Shown: positions 50,869 through 56,073 of the stretch, in pieces
Layout: every line of letters begins with the position of its first letter
How positions within the stretch are numbered: the stretch's first letter is position 1
Assembly (NCBI GenBank): GCA_000934665.2
Contig: JYFJ02002486.1
Coordinates: forward strand, 1-56,073
DNA length: 56,073 nt
Source of the DNA: Catajapyx aquilonaris
Taxonomy: Eukaryota
Direction: 5' to 3'
Notes under the pieces: model-generated
Seen by the model: only the letters and a program-made list of their open reading frames with translations
The model's database searches: none
Told to the model about the DNA's origin: nothing
Program-made: the position numbers and the translations under genes

Positions 50869-51249
50869 GGGGTCGCGTAATTACCACATGACCGGTTTTG
50901 GGGGAGGAGGAGGGGGGGGTGTCGTGTCAGCGGCAGTTCACGTGGCATCTCTGAACACGGTGAATGGGCACATATGGGAGCTTTTACAGATGCACATGGG
51001 TTCAAAATAAACTAAAATTCGAAATCAGCGACCCCGAAAACATGGGGAGACATGTTTTTTACGTGCTTAAACAGTTTAGTTGAGGAGATATTATTTTCGA
51101 TCGCGTTTTTTCCTGATAACATTGACATTTAAAAAACCATGTGAAAAAAAGAGGGGAGGGGGTTCCAATGGATACCACGGTCGGTCACTGGGAGGAGGGG
51201 GGGATCAAAAAGTGGCCTAAAATCGGTCACGTGGTATTTGCACGATCCC
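50869..51249. mobile_element. PIF/Harbinger (Tourist-like) MITE
   Basis: TTA TSD and an imperfect TIR ggggtcgcgtaattaccacatgaccggtttt / aaaatcggtcacgtggtatttgcacgatccc. Confidence 0.7.
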
Positions 51250-53653
51250 TTACAGGTTCAGGCCCAGATTTCATTCATTTTGATTCATTCAGTAGTATTG
51301 GTGGCTTAGCCAGGAATCATACTTATGGAAGAATCATGTTCATGCTATCATCATCTTATCATCACCATTCTAGCAGAAAATGTTTATATGTCTATGTCAG
51401 TTGCAGCAGTGCACCACCAGGCAATTTGGGAAGGTGAAAACGGGTCAGTATACACAACCATTATGAATAATTGTGCTGGATGGCCCCCCCTGCGGGACCT
51501 GACTGATTTCCATGAGTGACATACCATTTTCCACCTTGTACTGATGACTGAGTTGCTCAGAAAGAGATCTCACCAACTCAGTAGCCTGTGCAGGGGAATG
51601 GAGGTGTTAGGATTCAGGAAGCTTTTGACAGTTAGTATTGAGGTTATATTTTCATTGGTAACTTAGAGGTTCTCCCTCACACTATGGCAGCTCACTGACT
51701 TGTGATCATCTGTTAATGTATTACAGAAACACCCGCAACTCTGCCAGGATTTGTTCTTATCAGAGAAGCTATCGCCAGAAGTGCTGTGTGGCCTGATTAC
51801 ATCAGAGAGACCAACATCTCATCCGCAATCGCAGGCCTACGACTTTCTCATGCCCTACATCAGAGAGAGTAAGTATGGTGATATTAATACACCAATCTGA
51901 TTTCAGAAACATATTGCATTAGTTTCATTGGGAAGGAGCCAAAGCAACTAAGGCTCTCTGGTTCTTGTGTCAGACTTCCTCTATAATTTACTGCATAATG
52001 TTATTGGGTGCCATCCAGAGTCACCAGCAACAGTTTGGAGCAGTTGACTGAGGAAAGTCACATCCAGGGTCGGGTGTTTCGCCTAGCTTGGGCCTTTGTG
52101 TGCACCAGACTGCTAAAGTTACTAAGGCCAAAGATAGTGTAGGGGGGGGAGGGCTTCTTTATCACTGCAGCAGCTTCCACCAGCACTGGCGGCTTTGCCC
52201 AGCACTGGCGGCTTTGCCCATCTCTGTTAATTCGGCCTTACTGTGGCCAGTTCAGACCTGGAAGACATTTCCTCACGAAACCTAATGTTGGTCATGTGCT
52301 ACTGCTGGTGGCCATCTCCACAGACATTTTAGCCACAAACTGTACCCAGGTCCTGACCCACCTACGCTGAAATATAATGGAACCTTTACCTGCAATAACG
52401 ATGTAAGTGACTTGACACCGTTTTTGAAGCGTTCACTCGTGCGCACTCCCCATACTCTGGACTCCATGCTGGGTTGACACTGGTAGCTGCGGACTAGCAT
52501 GCCATGTAGTTGTGGCGAAAAGAAGGGCTGGGTTTCAAACCAACAATTTCAAACCTCAATTTCTCAGTTCAATCTTTTTGCGCTTATACCGTTATTGCGC
52601 GTAACTTGTAAGGGTTCAATAATATTTCATATGGAGGTGGGTGCAACACTTCCAGATCGCCAACATCCTATTATTGTTTTCCTCCCTCCATCTCCCTTCA
52701 TTCCCTGTCGTCCAGGATGTCATCCGATACCCTATCTTGTTTCATTTTGCAAATAAGATGCAAAAAAGATGCAAATAAGATGTTTAAGAAATACAGGAAT
52801 CCAATGTAGCCCATATCTAATTGCCTATCTATTGCAATTATTACAGAACTGTACACATGTACAGTACAATAAAATTAAGCATTGCAGAGAGTACTGAGAA
52901 TATTATGTTGGTAGCACCCATTTGTGGTTGTAAGAATGAGTAATTAATATTTGATGGGATCAAGGAAAAAAAANACGCGGACGACCCAGCGATGGGTCTC
53001 TTCTGCCTGCGCACTCACTCACTCGATTTGTAAACAGTGGCAACAATGGAAGCGCTCTCCATGGGCTGATGTTTGAATTGGCCCGCCGGACAGGGTTGCC
53101 AGCTGGTAACGCAGCGCTGTTGCCGACGGAAAAAAAAACATTCAGCGACGGCTAATTTGTCCAGCACTGTACTGACTGTTAGTAAGGTCAACAGTGTCAA
53201 TAATGCAAGTGAGTCTGTTTTCTGAAAGTAACCTGAGCCCTAGGGTGACCTGTTAATCAAACTAACGAGCTGTATCAGATACGTGTGGCTGCTGATAACA
53301 CCATAGGACCATATTAGTTCCCATCACACCTTCACCAAAAGTAATATTGTGCTAATGTTGGTTTTTTTTTTGCACTGGTCTTTATTAGTGGTGTAGCCTA
53401 ATTTAAGTGAAAAGTAGTGTCTAATACGGAATTTGTGGACTAATGCAATATTATTGGTCACAGCAGGTTGAACAATGACTATTTTATTTTTAATTTTAAT
53501 TATTGGAATAATTTACCATTATTAGAGGTAGATACTGTTATATAGGCCTACATTATGAGTATCACTGTTCATTTGGTGGGCTGTGTAATGAAATTTGGGA
53601 TTTCCTCTGCAGTGAAATCAAAGAAGTGTAAACTGGAATCAGGTGTGTGCCTG

Positions 53654-54151
53654 AGTAAGATGAGAGATGGTTACTATTGTGGTCTCAAGAGATGACTCTC
53701 TCAGTAAATTGCCCTGGTAATATTTTGAAACATGGAGTTACATGTAAGGGACATTTGTAAAAAATTCTCACTTTTACCTGCAAGATATACAATGTCATTT
53801 ACACGGAACCAAGAAACCATAACAGGTCCACTATTCCCAATTCAGATATGATTATGTGACAAAATATCAAATTGAATAAATGTTGGCATCAAAAAAGATG
53901 GCNAGTAAGATGAGAGATGGTTACTATTGTGGTCTCAAGAGATGACTCTCTCAGTAAATTGCCCTGGTAATATTTTGAAACATGGAGTTACATGTAAGGG
54001 ACATTTGTAAAAAATTCTCACTTTCACCTGCAAGATATACAATGTCATTTACACGGAACCAAGAAACCATAACAGGTCCACTATTCCCAATTCAGATATG
54101 ATTATGTGACAAAATATCAAATTGAATAATGTTGGCATCAAAAAAGACGGC
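53654..54151. repeat. Direct duplication of about 250 bp joined at a single N; probable assembly overlap artefact
   Basis: 53654-53902 is repeated at 53904-54151 almost identically, and the junction is exactly the n at 53903. Confidence 0.8.
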
Positions 54152-54429
54152 AACATAACCAACAGCATTCATCCCTGTTGACATGAAACCAGATTATCGA
54201 CAATCTGTTATTGGCATACAGTGGTCAGAAAGTGACAATCAAAATAATTATAATATTGGATGACTGGTAGAGGAATGTGGATCCGAGTTCCTCAATGCTG
54301 TGTAAATGGGCCCTATGTTTTGGAATGCGATAAGATTACTGTGGGTAATACAATATTCATGTGGGGGTAACTAGTTAATTTTCTTTAATCCCATGACATT
54401 TGGCAATAGACTGGAAGGTAATAGTATTA

Positions 54430-55206
54430 CAGTAAAACCCCTCTAAGTTGGACACTCACGGTTCCACAAAAAATGTCCAACATAGAGGGGTGTCCAACTT
54501 AGAGAGATAGGTATCATCAGTGAAACAAGAATTGTCCCAGTCATCCTGACGTGGGGGCTGGCCGCTCGACACACACCATGTAAGTTACATGGTGTGTGTC
54601 GAGCGGGCAGCACACACGTCAGGATGACTGGGACAATACTTGTTTCACTGATGATACTGTACAGGGTACGGTCATGCATGCCCATGATGAAAACACCTTC
54701 ATAAAAATTTTTACAGTACGTAGTGTACAGTACACTACTGTACAGTACATATATGTACAGTATTATCCATAGAGAACATATGGGACTAAAGTACAGTACA
54801 GTACAGCGTTACATGATTCTGCGATATGGACCCTCACTTTTTACAAAAGAAATCAGTCAGCCTGGGCTGTTTCAGTTTGGCCACCATTGATAGACACCAT
54901 GAGTTCAGTTTCGATGAGTTTTCGGGCTGCATAAATGGTGTCCATCACGTTTGGGTGGGAGGCCAAGGCACATCGCTCCAATATATCGCAAAATCAGCAG
55001 GCTGGATGGAGATTTTTGATCCCATTCACTGTGTACCTGTCCAACTTAGGTGACAAAAAGCGTCCAACTTCGAGGATAGAGGGGTGTCCAACTTAAGAGC
55101 TAATATGCCCATACAAATGGATAGGCTTTTCCACGGTTCCACGAAAAATGTTCAAAATACAGGGGTGTCCTACATATAGGGGTGTCCAACAACAGGGGTT
55201 TTACTG
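54430..55206. mobile_element. pogo/Tigger-like non-autonomous element
   Basis: TA flanks, TIR cagtaaaacccct / aggggttttactg, and repeated gtgtccaact subterminal motifs. Confidence 0.75.
54511..54657. mobile_element. Palindromic MITE of about 147 bp (copy 2), nested in the pogo-like element
   Basis: Homologous to 35040-35186 in the opposite orientation. Confidence 0.85.
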
Positions 55207-55217
55207 TATTAACATTT

Positions 55218-55243
55218 TATGGATACCCGGCGTTGCTCGGGTT
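55218..55243 (-). mobile_element. Possible Helitron 3'-terminal hairpin
   Basis: The minus strand reads cccgagcaacgccgggta, resembling the common Helitron subterminal hairpin. The terminal CTRR is degenerate and the extent of the element is unknown. Confidence 0.35.
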
Positions 55244-56073
55244 ATGAAATACTTTTCCATGTAGGTGTAAGTCATTGATTTGGTAGTAACCTTTGAAATA
55301 ATTATGGCTATACAATGTTGGCATACCTGTAACATGGAGCATGTGCATGAAGTCCAAACACCAAACTGCGGATGTCAGATTGTAAGAGAGTACGCAATAC
55401 GCCTTAAAAATCCAGCAAAAGTTTATAATGAAAAATTGAAGGTTGTGCAGTAAATGTAGAATAGCATTGAAAGACCAGCACCTCTCTTAGTCATTCCCCA
55501 ACCCCAAAATGGCCAATCTGGCTTGGATGACTGTGCCAGCAGGCAGCTATGGGGTCGCTGGAGAACTCAAGGCCCACCACCACGTTAAGGTTAATAAGGC
55601 GGCGCATTAGTAAAAATACGGTAGGTGCATTTTTGAGGGAATTTTTAATTTTTGTGGCGAAACGCACCGTTAATCGGAAAAATCACGAAGAAGGTGCCCT
55701 GCGCAAAGGTTTGGCCTTTACTATATGGTACCATACTCGATATGATTGCATTAAAATTGTGGACATATGGGCGCAGAAGCGTTCCCGACTTTGTCGCATT
55801 TCCTGCCGCATGTTATTCAAGTGGGATTTTGGGGAACGCCATTTTCCTTTAACTTCAACTCGATGAAAAGGTCACTTCTAGGCTGAAAATGGCAAAATGA
55901 CGACGAAGGTGCCCTGCGCCAGATCATGTCCTATTTTTTGGTGTAATTTTTGTGTCCATTGCACCATTTTTGCGCCCGTACGGCCGCAGAAGCGTGGACA
56001 TGTCGAATCCCCATATGCTGCCCATGCATAAGCGAGTTTGTTTCAAGATCGTCGCCAAGGGCTTCATTGTTAC

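Larger units (their letters stand above)
37765..51868 (+). pseudogene. Disrupted multi-exon G2E3-like HECT-domain E3 ubiquitin ligase gene
   Basis: Frame-compatible GT-AG exons at 37765-37910, 46819-46900, 48274-48383, 48950-49952 (split by a solo LTR), 50077-50162, 50222-~50709, ~51410-51630 and 51727-51868. HECT N-lobe motifs: VHFQDEEGVDAGAIRKELF (in the +1 frame), FEG..KLVP, YEIIGMAIAHSIVHGCP.L..LAP, QLSSLCRGMEVLG and KHPQLCQDLF. There is an in-frame stop at 51517-51519, and no C-lobe was found. Confidence 0.65.

Noticed and set aside
53654..54151. Tandem duplication as a biological event
   Set aside because: The junction is exactly at an N, typical of unmerged contig overlap. A similar small glitch occurs at the N at 47053.

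Overview
This is eukaryotic genomic DNA, most likely from an arthropod: short GT-AG introns, a peritrophin-type chitin-binding gene and (CCTAA)n tracts. It is dense in transposable elements. Two apparently intact spliced genes can be reconstructed by hand. One is a minus-strand secreted protein with two ChtBD2 chitin-binding domains and Gly/Gln and Thr-rich linkers (2665-5819). The other is a plus-strand 9-exon PLP-dependent low-specificity L-threonine aldolase (25967-32727). A third gene, a multi-exon G2E3/HECT-like E3 ligase (about 37765-51868), has been disrupted by a solo LTR, frameshifts and a stop. Its first recognisable intron holds a multi-layer nest: a TIR element contains a full-length LINE, and the LINE ORF2 contains a piggyBac-type MITE and a probable hAT excision footprint. 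The rest is MITEs and foldback elements (hAT, Tc1/mariner/pogo, PIF/Harbinger, CACTA-like) and tRNA-derived SINEs of at least four families. I found no CRISPR array, rRNA or functional tRNA, and no convincing wholly new biological system. The most interesting signals concern TE history and the hidden HECT gene. All family assignments come from motif recognition, not database searches.
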